A stretch of DNA of 64,000 nucleotides from IMG/VR virus record IMGVR_UViG_3300009509_000001, positions 96,001-160,000 of that record, one strand, 5' to 3'. Positions 26,560 through 36,136 of the stretch are shown here, piece by piece. The position numbers and the translations under genes are program-made. Origin of the DNA: a virus. How positions within the stretch are numbered: position 1 is the stretch's first letter; each line of letters starts with the position of its first letter. Under the pieces are notes generated by a model, which saw only the letters and a program-made list of their open reading frames with translations, searched no databases and had not been told where the DNA came from.

Positions 26560-26843
26560 CAGCGATACCTCATCGGTTTGAACGTTCCTGGGGCATGGTT
26601 GCTGAAGATCTCGCGAATCCGATGCTCCCCGTTGTTTGTCTCTATGGCCTTGCACATTTCCATGCACTCGCCGTAGTCGTCATAGATCCAGGCGCCGCGG
26701 TTGATCACGGCCACCCGGTGCGGGTTCATGTACTCGAAGAACTCACGCTTGGTCGAGATCTCCCGGAGGTTCTCGATCTGTGCCTCCGTGAGTTCGATTC
26801 CGTCCATGACGGGCGGACCCATGTGGCTTACTACCCAGCTCAC
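26559..26843 (-). CDS. Hypothetical protein (start uncertain)
   Basis: Operon-packed. Confidence 0.6.
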   Translation of the reverse strand: MSWVVSHMGPPVMDGIELTEAQIENLREISTKREFFEYMNPHRVAVINRGAWIYDDYGECMEMCKAIETNNGEHRIREIFSNHAPGTFKPMRYR

Positions 26844-26845
26844 CG

Positions 26846-27097
26846 CTAGAGATCCTCAAGCTGTTCGGTCAGCTCGATTCCGTAGATGCCGACCGCACAG
26901 CCGAGGGCCGCCTGCAGCTTCTGGGAACGCTCTTCATCCTCGGGGTTGTCCGACGCGGCCAGGTCCTTTATCTCCTGGATGCGTTTGTCGGTGACGGCGC
27001 TGAGCTCCGCTACGACCTCGTTGCACATGGCCGTGACGTCTTCGCCAGCCTCTGCGAGCATGCCCTTGAGCATGATTTTCTGCATTTTCTGATCCAT
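26846..27097 (-). CDS. Hypothetical helical protein (83 aa)
   Basis: SD GGAG. Confidence 0.7.
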   Translation of the reverse strand: MDQKMQKIMLKGMLAEAGEDVTAMCNEVVAELSAVTDKRIQEIKDLAASDNPEDEERSQKLQAALGCAVGIYGIELTEQLEDL

Positions 27098-27099
27098 GT

Positions 27100-27786
27100 T
27101 TACTTCTCCAACAGGTGTTGCAGTTCCGGGTGTATCGGAACGCGGGTTTCAATGTGTTTGTGGTTGAACCAGGACAGGATGTGGAATCCCCAGTCCGTAG
27201 TGTGCAGGGGTTTGAACGATTCGCCGAAGTCGTTCTTCTTGTGCACGACGTTCGAGTAGTCATCCACGCGCATGTCGCTCTTGAGCTCATCCTCCAGGTA
27301 GATGTTCATCCACCGTGAAGTCCAGGTCGTCATGAGCATGAACAGCGTGTTGGGGTTCTCCTCGATCAGCTTGCGCACGGGCTCGCAGTAGTCCATGAAC
27401 ACGATCTCGCCGTAGTTCTCGCCGACACCGCCGAAGTCCACCAGCACGAGGTCGTGCTTGAGTCCCTTCATCTCGGCGGGGCGCGTGTACTTCTTGACGT
27501 GGATGGGCGTCGTGATGCCCTCGAGCATACGGGCCATCCCGATGAACTGGCTCTTTCCATCGTCGTCCGCCAGCCAGGCCACGGTGATCTCCCGGGGCAG
27601 CTCGTAGGTGTGTTCCAACGTCGTCTGCTTGGCCAGCTGCTTCTGGGCGGTGAGATAAGCTTTGTCCTTCATCTTGACGAACTGCTCGTCGCTGAGACGC
27701 GCCCGCATGTCCTTGAGATCCGATATGCTCAACGTGTGGGGGTCGAGCTTCATGACCTCTTCGATCGGCATTTCCTTGATATTCAT
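27100..27786 (-). CDS. Protein with CheY/receiver-like domain (228 aa)
   Basis: ITVAWLADDD (acidic pocket), HDLVLVDFGG (Asp site), TLFMLMT (beta4 Thr). Confidence 0.6.
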   Translation of the reverse strand: MNIKEMPIEEVMKLDPHTLSISDLKDMRARLSDEQFVKMKDKAYLTAQKQLAKQTTLEHTYELPREITVAWLADDDGKSQFIGMARMLEGITTPIHVKKYTRPAEMKGLKHDLVLVDFGGVGENYGEIVFMDYCEPVRKLIEENPNTLFMLMTTWTSRWMNIYLEDELKSDMRVDDYSNVVHKKNDFGESFKPLHTTDWGFHILSWFNHKHIETRVPIHPELQHLLEK

Positions 27787-28208
27787 AGCATTTCCTCGAT
27801 TTCTGCGATCAGTCTGAGCCGCTCATCCTCGTCCTCTTCGGCGAGCATTGCGGCGATTTCGGATTCATGATCCTTGAGCAGCTGCAGGATGATGCGGCCG
27901 AGACCGCACGGCCAGAACTCGCTGCCGAAGTCGGCGTGGACCACGATCCGCCGATAATGCGGCGTGGCCTCTTCGCGCTCCGGGTAAGTCCTAGTTCCGT
28001 CGCATCCATTGCGGTAAGCCCGCAGCAGCGGCGTGACACTCAGCACATCGTCTTCAGGCTCTCCGGCAAGTTCGCCCGGAGTCAGAATCTCAAATCCGGC
28101 GAAGCTCGCCATCGTCAGGTTCTCCTGCCTGGTCTCGATGCGTAGCGGTATCCGCACGTCGACGTGAGTGCGGATGACCTTTGGTTCAATGCGCTTGCGT
28201 TTACTCAT
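27783..28208 (-). CDS. Hypothetical protein (141 aa)
   Basis: ATGA-coupled. Confidence 0.7.
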   Translation of the reverse strand: MSKRKRIEPKVIRTHVDVRIPLRIETRQENLTMASFAGFEILTPGELAGEPEDDVLSVTPLLRAYRNGCDGTRTYPEREEATPHYRRIVVHADFGSEFWPCGLGRIILQLLKDHESEIAAMLAEEDEDERLRLIAEIEEML

Positions 28209-28396
28209 GGTCGATCCCTCGGGTCTTTCGGAACGAGCCGGTCGAGAAGCTCGGTCTTCTCTTTAAGTTCCTTCTGCAGCTTCTCGTTCTGTCTCTCCAG
28301 GCGCTTGGCCCTGGCCGCCATGTTTCTGGTGCAGGGATTGCACACGGGCCATGCCCGCGAGCCCCGCATCTCCCTGTGGCATTCAGTGCAATTCAT
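28205..28396 (-). CDS. Small zinc-finger/coiled-coil protein (63 aa)
   Basis: CTEC..CNPC followed by heptads. Confidence 0.6.
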   Translation of the reverse strand: MNCTECHREMRGSRAWPVCNPCTRNMAARAKRLERQNEKLQKELKEKTELLDRLVPKDPRDRP

Positions 28397-28646
28397 CGAC
28401 GCACTCCTCCGGGACCGGTATGTCCTCGCTGCTGGGCACGGCGTGGCCGGGATGCCAGGTCTGCTGCGTGAAGTAGCCGTTTCCGTGGTTGACGCGATAA
28501 CGAACCGTCCGGGTTACGCGCTGAGCGATGCGCTTGACCCCAGGCACCTCGACGCCTTCGGCACGGAGCTGCTCGTGGAGTTTGTATGTTTCCGCGAAGT
28601 TGATTACCGGGTTCAGGCCGGCCAGAACTTGTTCGGCATAATTCAT
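28383..28646 (-). CDS. Hypothetical protein (87 aa)
   Basis: ATG 28646 after AAGGAG. Confidence 0.7.
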   Translation of the reverse strand: MNYAEQVLAGLNPVINFAETYKLHEQLRAEGVEVPGVKRIAQRVTRTVRYRVNHGNGYFTQQTWHPGHAVPSSEDIPVPEECVDELH

Positions 28647-29368
28647 AGTTTTGATCTCCTTGTTATGAGTCGGTAAAGGTTGAATCGATCTTCGCACACT
28701 GGGTTGCCGGGGCCGCCCCACTGCACGAGCGCGCACTCATGCGTGCGCCATCGGTAGTCACTGAACCAGTAGGCGTACCACGACATGTCACGATCACGCA
28801 ACACGGCGGTGGACGGGTCGGCCAGGTACTCCTTGTAGGCTTGAAGGTCGAAGTTCCTGTAGTAGCTTGGGAGCGACGACGGGTAGGGCTCGAACTCGGC
28901 CTTGAATCCCTCCTTCTCATGAAACCTGCGCGTATCCTTCGGCACGCGGCGCATGACCTCGGCGGGAAACCAGTAGGACCCGTTCGGCCATTGCGTCTCA
29001 TTCGGATGGCGCTTGATCAGGTGCCAATACCTGGGGCTGTAGCTCTCCTCCACATGGCCGTTTGCGGCGAACCACGCAAGGCTTGCGTGGATGCCGCCTG
29101 CGATGCTTCCCCTCGGATCGGTGCGCACTCTGCTGAGCACGTAGACGAACGGAGATTTGTAGTCGCGGGCGTGCCTGGCCTTGGCCGCCAGGTAGAGACC
29201 TGGGTAAGGCCCCGCCATCGGCACGAGGTCGGCAAAACCGCGTTTGTAGAGGTTGATCAGCACGAGGTGCATCAACCACCCGCAGTATGTTTTGTGAGCC
29301 TCTATGGCTTCGGCGTCGCCGAAGATCTCATCCATGTCCTCCCGTACATCGTTTACAGTCATCATCAT
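28643..29368 (-). CDS. Hypothetical aromatic-rich protein (241 aa)
   Basis: SD CTGGAGA. Confidence 0.75.
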   Translation of the reverse strand: MMMTVNDVREDMDEIFGDAEAIEAHKTYCGWLMHLVLINLYKRGFADLVPMAGPYPGLYLAAKARHARDYKSPFVYVLSRVRTDPRGSIAGGIHASLAWFAANGHVEESYSPRYWHLIKRHPNETQWPNGSYWFPAEVMRRVPKDTRRFHEKEGFKAEFEPYPSSLPSYYRNFDLQAYKEYLADPSTAVLRDRDMSWYAYWFSDYRWRTHECALVQWGGPGNPVCEDRFNLYRLITRRSKL

Positions 29369-29630
29369 CTTGTGTCTCCAGACTGGCCATGAGCGCCTCT
29401 ATCTGTTCGGGATTGTCCATCACTCGTTCGATCTTCAACTGCATGTCGGCGTACAACGACGTCAACACAGTCGCACGGGTCGCTGCTTCCAGCAGCCCGG
29501 CGTCACCCAACGCAAGATCGGCAAGCGCATCCGCGCGAGTGGCCAGGGCCTCACAGGTCGTGGCGGTACTCACGCGGTGCGCTTCGATAATGGAGTCAAT
29601 CTCCTGACAAATGTCTTCAGCTCTGCTCAA
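29328..29630 (-). CDS. Hypothetical helical protein (~100 aa, start uncertain)
   Basis: TTG start assumed near the end of the upstream gene. Confidence 0.55.
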   Translation of the reverse strand: MSRAEDICQEIDSIIEAHRVSTATTCEALATRADALADLALGDAGLLEAATRATVLTSLYADMQLKIERVMDNPEQIEALMASLETQDDDDCKRCTGGHG

Positions 29631-30027
29631 GTATGTCTTTCTTGGTTTGTTCGACGAGCTCTTCGAGAGTGATGTCACCCTCTACGATCTCCTCGATGAT
29701 TTCAGGCGGCGAGAACAAGGCGTTCCGGATGCGGATCGCCGTTGGATAAGCATGGCTCGATCCAAACTTTCCCGCCAGGTTGTACAAGGCGACGTCGTCC
29801 ATATCCTCGATGGCGTCGCCGATGGCTTCGGCCGGAGCGTTGGCCGGAAGCCCGACCAGCTCGGCGAGGTTCACGCCCTCGTCGGGCAACAGGTCGCCGC
29901 CCGCTGCCTGTTCGCGGAAGTCCTCCTCCTCGCGATCACCCATCAGGGTGTAGTCTACGAGGTTGCGGACGTCTTCCATGGTGGCCAGTATGCCGTGGAG
30001 TCCACGGACTTTCGGTGGTTCTGTCAT
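29617..30027 (-). CDS. Acidic hypothetical protein (136 aa)
   Basis: ATGA overlap with the nuclease stop. Confidence 0.7.
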   Translation of the reverse strand: MTEPPKVRGLHGILATMEDVRNLVDYTLMGDREEEDFREQAAGGDLLPDEGVNLAELVGLPANAPAEAIGDAIEDMDDVALYNLAGKFGSSHAYPTAIRIRNALFSPPEIIEEIVEGDITLEELVEQTKKDILEQS

Positions 30028-31082
30028 ATCGCTTCCTTTAGGCTTGCGCCGCACTGGCGCAGGAATTCACGGGTATACCCTTTCGGGTCGCTTGTATCCA
30101 GGAGGCCCTTCATGAACTCATGGGCATCCGGATAGTCCTTCTTCGGCACTGCGATCGGCAATGCGTCGTTAAGGCTCGCGGCTGCGAACTCGGTGAGATC
30201 GCGCGCGTCTTCGATGTCCTCGGCTGCCTTCGGAACGAGGATCACGCCCTCGAACTCCGACGGGTCGAGATTGCCGAGCACCTCAGGATCATAATGGACG
30301 ACCGGCGGGAGAAGGTGGTTCTCGGCGATGGTGTCCTTGATGTCCTGAACCTCGGTAACGTCGAAGTACTTCCTGGTCTCGAGCTTCCAATGCGCGAGCG
30401 TCGCATGCTCGTGGACGAGGAACACGCCGTGCTCCGCATCACACTCGCTGACGCGCCAGACCCACGGCGAGCCGCAGGACGCGATCTTGACGCCGCGCTT
30501 GGTCATCGTTTCGTCGTGCACGTGAACGTGGCCGACGAGAACAAGCTTCTTGACGTTCTCGGGCACCTGCTCCTTGGTCATGTCGTAGGCGCCTTCGAAT
30601 CCGATGAGATGGCGGAAGCCCGTGTGCAGACACAACACGTCGCATTCCGGCACCTGGGCCAGACGTTCGTGCAGCTTTGCTACCGGGCAATAGTCGATAC
30701 CGTAATAGGTCATGCCGTCGATCTCGACTTTGCGCTGGCCAAGAGGCAGTGCGCCCAGCGAGCTGAGCAGCCGATGCTCGTCGTAGTAGCGGTCGGACAG
30801 ATGCGGGTTCTTGTTCACCCGGTCGTGATTTCCTTCAATGTAGTACACCAGCGTGTTCTGCTGATGCATCTTGTTGATGAAGTTGAAAATACGATAGATG
30901 GATTCGCCGCACGGGCTGTTGCTGTCGAACACGTCTCCGCCAAGTATGACGGCCCGGACACTGTTGCGCACCGCGATCTCCTCGATCTGATCGACGGCGA
31001 TGAACGCATCGTCTTTCAGAAGATTCTTCCGGTACACGCTGGCCGGCTTGACGTGCAAGTCCGACGTCCATAATACACTCAT
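30024..31082 (-). CDS. SbcD/Mre11-like metallophosphoesterase DNA nuclease
   Basis: SDLH, GDVFD, GNHD, HTG, GHVH, GSP motifs. Confidence 0.9.
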   Translation of the reverse strand: MSVLWTSDLHVKPASVYRKNLLKDDAFIAVDQIEEIAVRNSVRAVILGGDVFDSNSPCGESIYRIFNFINKMHQQNTLVYYIEGNHDRVNKNPHLSDRYYDEHRLLSSLGALPLGQRKVEIDGMTYYGIDYCPVAKLHERLAQVPECDVLCLHTGFRHLIGFEGAYDMTKEQVPENVKKLVLVGHVHVHDETMTKRGVKIASCGSPWVWRVSECDAEHGVFLVHEHATLAHWKLETRKYFDVTEVQDIKDTIAENHLLPPVVHYDPEVLGNLDPSEFEGVILVPKAAEDIEDARDLTEFAAASLNDALPIAVPKKDYPDAHEFMKGLLDTSDPKGYTREFLRQCGASLKEAI

Positions 31083-31101
31083 ATCAGTTCTCCTTTTGGT
31101 T

Positions 31102-31129
31102 AATGTATGGATGCCGCCGCCTGCGTCAA
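31102..31129 (-). promoter_or_regulatory. sigma70-type promoter TTGACG-N16-TACATT
   Basis: Upstream of SD AAGGAG and ATG 31082; spacer contains GGCGGCGGCA. Confidence 0.6.
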
Positions 31130-31164
31130 GCGGCGGCTGTTCTTGGACCCTAGTTACCTTAATA

Positions 31165-31758
31165 TCAGTAGTCCAGTCCCTTGCGTTTGAGCATGTCGAC
31201 GTAACGCGACAGTAGCCGCTGGAAGCGAAGAAGGTTCGGCGTCGAGTAGTCCTTCAGGTACTCGCCGTATTGCCCTTCGTCGGCCGATCGTGTCGGGCAT
31301 GAGAATTCAGGCACCTCGCCGCCGCGGTTGTGTATGACACCGCTGACGTCGAACAGCCATTCCATGGCCATGCCGTAGGGATCGGTGGTAAGATCGAACT
31401 CACGGACGGTTTCCTTGAGCTCGTTCATGACACCGGCCGTAAGGTTGCGCTGGCGCTTCAGGTCCGCGTACTTGCCGGCCGACCAATCCTTGCGGAAGTG
31501 GTGGTAGGCAGCGATCCAGTCGATGGCCCGTACATACCTGACGCCGGGACGGTCGGGCATATCGGGACGATCATACGCCGCCTGATACAACGGCAGGCCG
31601 ATGCCCCAGTAGGCACCGCCATGGTCGTATCCCTGAGCGTTGATCTTGACCAACTGGATATGGACCTTGGTACCGGCCGGTGGCGGCTCATGCCGCTCGA
31701 CCCGACCCATTGGGGCGCCGCGGCCGGTGTTCTCCAGATTAGGCAGGTATTTATTCAT
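31165..31758 (-). CDS. Hypothetical protein (197 aa)
   Basis: GYDHGGAYWG motif; operon-packed. Confidence 0.75.
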   Translation of the reverse strand: MNKYLPNLENTGRGAPMGRVERHEPPPAGTKVHIQLVKINAQGYDHGGAYWGIGLPLYQAAYDRPDMPDRPGVRYVRAIDWIAAYHHFRKDWSAGKYADLKRQRNLTAGVMNELKETVREFDLTTDPYGMAMEWLFDVSGVIHNRGGEVPEFSCPTRSADEGQYGEYLKDYSTPNLLRFQRLLSRYVDMLKRKGLDY

Positions 31759-32113
31759 CGGACGCGCTTTCCTTCAGTTCTTCGAGGATCCTGTTCATGG
31801 CCTCGAAGTCCGTGTAGTCCGGCCCGTCCTCGAGCCCAGCGCAAATCTGGTCGATGACGTCGCCGGAGTTGTCCAGTTCGAGTTCCAGAAGCTGCTCGAG
31901 CTGACGGGTGGCTTCCCAGGCCGATAACTTGTTGTGGACGAGATGCCGCGCAAGCTCCATCTCCTCGGTGAGTTCCACGATGTCCTCAAGCTTGAGCTGT
32001 GAGTACAGACCGTCCTTATTCCGATCGAAGTGCGCGCGCACCTCGTCGGCTGTTTCGTGCTTGCGGTCGAGCCACCGGCACGTGCTGCATACTACGATGA
32101 AGTTCTTTGGCAC
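31751..32113 (-). CDS. Hypothetical protein with CxxC..H..H Zn-finger-like N-terminus (120 aa)
   Basis: GTG after AAAGGAGG. Confidence 0.7.
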   Translation of the reverse strand: MPKNFIVVCSTCRWLDRKHETADEVRAHFDRNKDGLYSQLKLEDIVELTEEMELARHLVHNKLSAWEATRQLEQLLELELDNSGDVIDQICAGLEDGPDYTDFEAMNRILEELKESASDE

Positions 32114-32397
32114 TTATCGGCCTCCTTTTTCATGTGATTGAGTACGGCTTCCTTGAACGCGTAGACGTCGGAAAGCGCGCGTTCCAGCACGCTCTCGACC
32201 TGCACGATCGAAAGCTCTCCGTTTTCGCCGCGGCCGCCCTCGTCGAGCTCCTGGATGAGGAAGACGAGCAGATTGTCCTCCACCATCCGGGAGAGTTCCT
32301 TGAGCGTGTCGGGCATGTCTTCGATGGTTTCACCGGCATAATGATCCGGCCATGCCTGAAGTATGGCCAGACCGAGTTCCTTGGCGTCCAGGATCAC
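32092..32397 (-). CDS. Hypothetical protein (101 aa)
   Basis: GTG 32397 after AAGGAG. Confidence 0.7.
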   Translation of the reverse strand: MILDAKELGLAILQAWPDHYAGETIEDMPDTLKELSRMVEDNLLVFLIQELDEGGRGENGELSIVQVESVLERALSDVYAFKEAVLNHMKKEADKCQRTSS

Positions 32398-32651
32398 GTG
32401 GGCTTCTCCTTGTTGATCACGACGTCGCAGTTCTCGCAACCGGCGGGCATCTTCGGGATCAGCTTGTTGGCGAAGCGCCGGCAGACCTCGTTGGCGTTGG
32501 TGTCGTCGGCGGCCTCCTCGATGTTCGCGTAGTCCGTCGACGCGCTGTTGAGCCCGCCGGACCAGCAGCCGAGACCGTTCACGATGTCGTCGAAATACTT
32601 GTTCTCGACGGTTACGTGAACGGTGGTTTCTCTGGTAACTGAGGTTATCAC
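32394..32651 (-). CDS. Hypothetical protein (85 aa)
   Basis: GTGA-coupled. Confidence 0.65.
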   Translation of the reverse strand: MITSVTRETTVHVTVENKYFDDIVNGLGCWSGGLNSASTDYANIEEAADDTNANEVCRRFANKLIPKMPAGCENCDVVINKEKPT

Positions 32652-33190
32652 TGTTCACCCTCCTCGTATTCGATGTAGGGGTTGTCGTTGTTTTCGTCGT
32701 GCAGCACCGACAGGTCGATCCGAATGGTGTTCGGCGCGTCGATCCCGTCGGTCCACACATGCACCTTGAGCATGCCGTCGTTGACCTCCACGGCCACGTG
32801 GTCGAAGGCGCCGTTGTTGCCGCCGCCGTCCACCAGCATTCCAATCGTGTCGTTGACGACGCGCAGGCGCACCTTGTGCGTCTTGTGGGTTTCGGTGTCC
32901 ATCAGATCGATGAACACGGCGGCCTGCGCCGCCTGCTTCTTCTCTACCTCCTGCCAGTCCTCGTACAGGATGATGCCGTTGGAGAACGCGTGGGCCGCGC
33001 TCACCATATCGGGATACTCGTGGAAGAGTTTGAGAAGGTTCTGGACGTCTGACTTGACGACCAGGTTGACGAGCAGGCTGTTGAAGTTGGTGCCGCCGCG
33101 CACGGCGTAGGACACCTCGTCGGCCAGCTGCTTCTGTTTCTCCGGGGGAATGGCCTCCCAGTGCATTTTCAGCAGTTCGGCATATGCCAT
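32648..33190 (-). CDS. Hypothetical protein (180 aa)
   Basis: Start re-assigned to 33190 (TGATG). Confidence 0.7.
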   Translation of the reverse strand: MAYAELLKMHWEAIPPEKQKQLADEVSYAVRGGTNFNSLLVNLVVKSDVQNLLKLFHEYPDMVSAAHAFSNGIILYEDWQEVEKKQAAQAAVFIDLMDTETHKTHKVRLRVVNDTIGMLVDGGGNNGAFDHVAVEVNDGMLKVHVWTDGIDAPNTIRIDLSVLHDENNDNPYIEYEEGEQ

Positions 33191-33633
33191 CAGATGCTCT
33201 CCTCGTTGTGTTCTTCGACGAAGTCCCTGTCCGGGAAGTTGCCGAGGCCGGTCAACTGGAACAGATCCTGCCAGGTTCCGCCGCATTCGTTGCAGCGGAC
33301 GTCCTGCCAGGCGTTGGGTCCGTCGGCCTGGAGCGGACCGTCGGTCTCGAGCGATCTCTCTTCGGCGCCGCAGTACGGGCAATGCTTGCCGCCGCGAAGC
33401 ACGTAGAACTGCTCGGCATCGAACTCGACGGTGGGCGCATTGTGACCGCACTCCTCGCAGGTGGACCGCCCGTCAGGCACGCGGTCGATGTCCTGCGGGA
33501 ACGTGCCTTCGTCGTCGGTGCCGTCGTCATTCCAGCGCAAAACGCACTTGGTGTCCATGAGAAACGGCCCGGTCGACGCGCACTTCGGGCACTTCATGCC
33601 GGCAAGGCAGTTGGTGTTAATCCGTTTTTTCAT
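33190..33633 (-). CDS. Double zinc-ribbon protein (147 aa)
   Basis: CPKC..CEEC..CPYC..CNEC. Confidence 0.75.
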   Translation of the reverse strand: MKKRINTNCLAGMKCPKCASTGPFLMDTKCVLRWNDDGTDDEGTFPQDIDRVPDGRSTCEECGHNAPTVEFDAEQFYVLRGGKHCPYCGAEERSLETDGPLQADGPNAWQDVRCNECGGTWQDLFQLTGLGNFPDRDFVEEHNEESI

Positions 33634-34348
33634 CGTCATCCTCTATTTGGTAGTTGAATGTGTTGGGGCATCCCATGCACCGGGCGAACCCGTAGTGTGC
33701 ATCGGGATGACTGCACCGGCTGCCGCAATCCGGGCATGTGATCGCGTCGTCGGTTCCGAAAAGGAACACGTCGTTCGGACCAATCTCCTCGAGGATGTTG
33801 GTCTCGTACGTACACTGCTTCCACATGCTTCCGCTGACGTTCCTGGGTTCGTCGAACTTCAGGGTGACGATCGGAACCACGACGTGCACCTTTCTTTCGA
33901 AGTCGAAATGAAGTTCCCATCCGACATGCGCGGGCGTGCCGGTGATGAACCACAGTTGCTCCGAGTAGTTGTTCGACGGCAGCGACCGGAGCCGCATGTC
34001 CTTGACACGTTCCATGAACGACGACCGTTTGAGCATGACACTCCGTCGGGTCGTGTACACTTTGTCCAGCTCTTCCGGCGACGCGGTGCTGATCCATTGT
34101 CTGAACTCGTCGTCCTCGTCGCCGTACTTACGAATGAAGTCCGACCAGGCGTCGCACCCGTAGGAGTAACGGCCCAGGTCCTTCTTCTGCGGCACGCCTT
34201 CCATGGCGTTCAGCGCCCAGTCGTAGATCGGCGTCATCCAGCTCTGCTTCGGCAGTTCGCCACAGAGCTGGCGGGCCAGCAGAATGCGGGTCGGGTTGTC
34301 GCCGAATTCCAGGACCTCCTGAATTCTCTGCACTTCTTTTCTGGTCAT
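33617..34348 (-). CDS. Hypothetical protein with C-terminal Zn-ribbon (243 aa)
   Basis: CPDC..CMGC; SD CTGGAG. Confidence 0.75.
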   Translation of the reverse strand: MTRKEVQRIQEVLEFGDNPTRILLARQLCGELPKQSWMTPIYDWALNAMEGVPQKKDLGRYSYGCDAWSDFIRKYGDEDDEFRQWISTASPEELDKVYTTRRSVMLKRSSFMERVKDMRLRSLPSNNYSEQLWFITGTPAHVGWELHFDFERKVHVVVPIVTLKFDEPRNVSGSMWKQCTYETNILEEIGPNDVFLFGTDDAITCPDCGSRCSHPDAHYGFARCMGCPNTFNYQIEDDDEKTD

Positions 34349-34791
34349 GTCGACTCCAGTTCTATGAGTTCACGCATGTCGTACCAGCCGATGAGGGAGC
34401 AGCCGCGGAACGACTCCGGCGTTATCCACCGGTCGTCCTCCTCCAGGTCGTGGAGAAGCCGGCTGACGTCGCCGATGGCGCCGAAGTGTACGCTGGAGTT
34501 CCATGAAATGTCCAGGTACATCTCGTGCGGCGGCGTGCTCATGAACGCCTTGTAGCGCTCCTTCGGCCCGGCGCCCGGAAGCCACAGCTGCAGCTCCCGG
34601 CCCTCGGACTTCTCCGGATCCATGTGGTCGACGCAGTCGCCGTGCCACATGCCGCCGAACACCACGAGGTCGTCGCCGTACAGATCGGCCCACGCGCCTC
34701 CGTTCTTTCCGCAGAAGTTGCAGATGTCGTACACGCAGCGGGTGTGCTTGCGCTTTTTCCTGTCGATTCCAAGCAGATCAAGGACTGACAC
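34345..34791 (-). CDS. Hypothetical protein (148 aa)
   Basis: GTG after AAGGAG; CNFC..HGDC. Confidence 0.7.
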   Translation of the reverse strand: MSVLDLLGIDRKKRKHTRCVYDICNFCGKNGGAWADLYGDDLVVFGGMWHGDCVDHMDPEKSEGRELQLWLPGAGPKERYKAFMSTPPHEMYLDISWNSSVHFGAIGDVSRLLHDLEEDDRWITPESFRGCSLIGWYDMRELIELEST

Positions 34792-35143
34792 TGGCTGGCT
34801 CCTTCCCGAATATCACGTCGCCGAACGTGGCGAAGTTTCCGCCAGCCGCTTTGTGCATACGCAGTTTCATGGCCAGCTGCCAGCCCTTGTCCGTCAGCCG
34901 GACGACCGGGTTGATGCCGCTGCCGATGTTCTCAAGCAATGCTTCGTTCTCCATGTCTTCGATGCAGTCGAGATCCGTGTGGTCCGGCTGGCTGACGCCG
35001 TGGCGCAGCCGTGTCGGGTATTTCGGATCGGTGCGAAGCCGGCAGGTTTCGAGCCGGCCCTTGTTGTCGGTGGCGCAGCACTCGCAGTACAGGAACGTAC
35101 TCCAGTGGTCCTTGCCCCACAGTCGCATTTCAATGTTGCTCAT
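34778..35143 (-). CDS. Hypothetical protein (121 aa)
   Basis: WGKDHWSTFLY..HTDLDCIEDM; SD AAGGA. Confidence 0.7.
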   Translation of the reverse strand: MSNIEMRLWGKDHWSTFLYCECCATDNKGRLETCRLRTDPKYPTRLRHGVSQPDHTDLDCIEDMENEALLENIGSGINPVVRLTDKGWQLAMKLRMHKAAGGNFATFGDVIFGKEPASVSP

Positions 35144-35495
35144 CGTCTAGTTCCTTCTGTTCACGTTGGTTGAGCACCCAGGCCGTGTAGCCCAGGTGCG
35201 TGTCATTGTTCGCGACCTCTGCCTTCCAGTCCTCCCGCGGGAAGTCCGACTCGGAGCCCCAGGGATCAATCCCCTGGTGCGGGTCGGGTTCGTCCTCGAG
35301 GATGAAGATGGACTCCAGTAGATCGATTCGGGCCTGGTAGGTGTCTGGCTCGTCCGTCGTTCTGTACTTATCCTCTTCCTTCTTGCACTCCTGGTAATCG
35401 TCGACGGCGTACTCGAACGCCCCCTGTATCGCGAGCACCAGGTCCTGGCCGGACACGTCGTCCGTAGTCTCGAAGTATACGGTATGGGTCTTCAT
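35130..35495 (-). CDS. Acidic hypothetical protein (121 aa)
   Basis: SD GGAGAAC; DWKAEVANNDTHLGY..W. Confidence 0.7.
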   Translation of the reverse strand: MKTHTVYFETTDDVSGQDLVLAIQGAFEYAVDDYQECKKEEDKYRTTDEPDTYQARIDLLESIFILEDEPDPHQGIDPWGSESDFPREDWKAEVANNDTHLGYTAWVLNQREQKELDDEQH

Positions 35496-36136
35496 TCGGG
35501 GTTCTCCATGGTTTCACGGATCTCCGTGCTGATGATGGTGGCGCCGGGCGTCTGAGACCGCATGCCGTAATCCATGTCCCAGACGACCTCGTCGACCGGG
35601 ACCTCGTCGCCGTCGTACTCGATCTCGACGCGAACCTTCAGGTACACGATCTTCGTCTTCTTGGCCGGGTCCGGCGCACGGTTGGTCACCTGCTTGCGAA
35701 CCTGGTCGCCGATTTCCCAGCGGATGCCCTTGCCGACGATCTGCGCGTACGCCTTGCGGAGAGTCGCAATGTCGTCGTAACCGGTCTTGACGTTGGCGAT
35801 GACGCGGGTCTCGACCCAGTTGCGTTCGGCCACGTCGCCGATGCAGGCTAGGCGTGCAACGCTGCTGGCGGCTATGTTCGTGTTGATGAACTTCTCTTCG
35901 ATGACTTCCCACTCGTAGGCTTGCCGAAGCTTGATGCATTCGTAGACCCAGGAGTCGCGCCGTCCGATGCCGCGGGCGAAGCGCTTGATGGCGTTCTCGC
36001 CGTACTTGGCGTCCTCGCGGATCTGCTGGGCCGTCTCGCCGACGTCCCACATGACCCGCAGCAGGTTGTTGGTCACCATCCGCAGGGCGATGCGGGTATG
36101 CTCGATGGCGTCGTCGAGCGTGTCGAATTTGATCAT
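35492..36136 (-). CDS. DUF1016_N-like helical DNA-binding protein, paralog of 52080-52856 (214 aa)
   Basis: MWDVGETA..YGE..FA..SWVYEC..AY.W..SSVARLACI, shared with the paralog. Confidence 0.75.
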   Translation of the reverse strand: MIKFDTLDDAIEHTRIALRMVTNNLLRVMWDVGETAQQIREDAKYGENAIKRFARGIGRRDSWVYECIKLRQAYEWEVIEEKFINTNIAASSVARLACIGDVAERNWVETRVIANVKTGYDDIATLRKAYAQIVGKGIRWEIGDQVRKQVTNRAPDPAKKTKIVYLKVRVEIEYDGDEVPVDEVVWDMDYGMRSQTPGATIISTEIRETMENPE

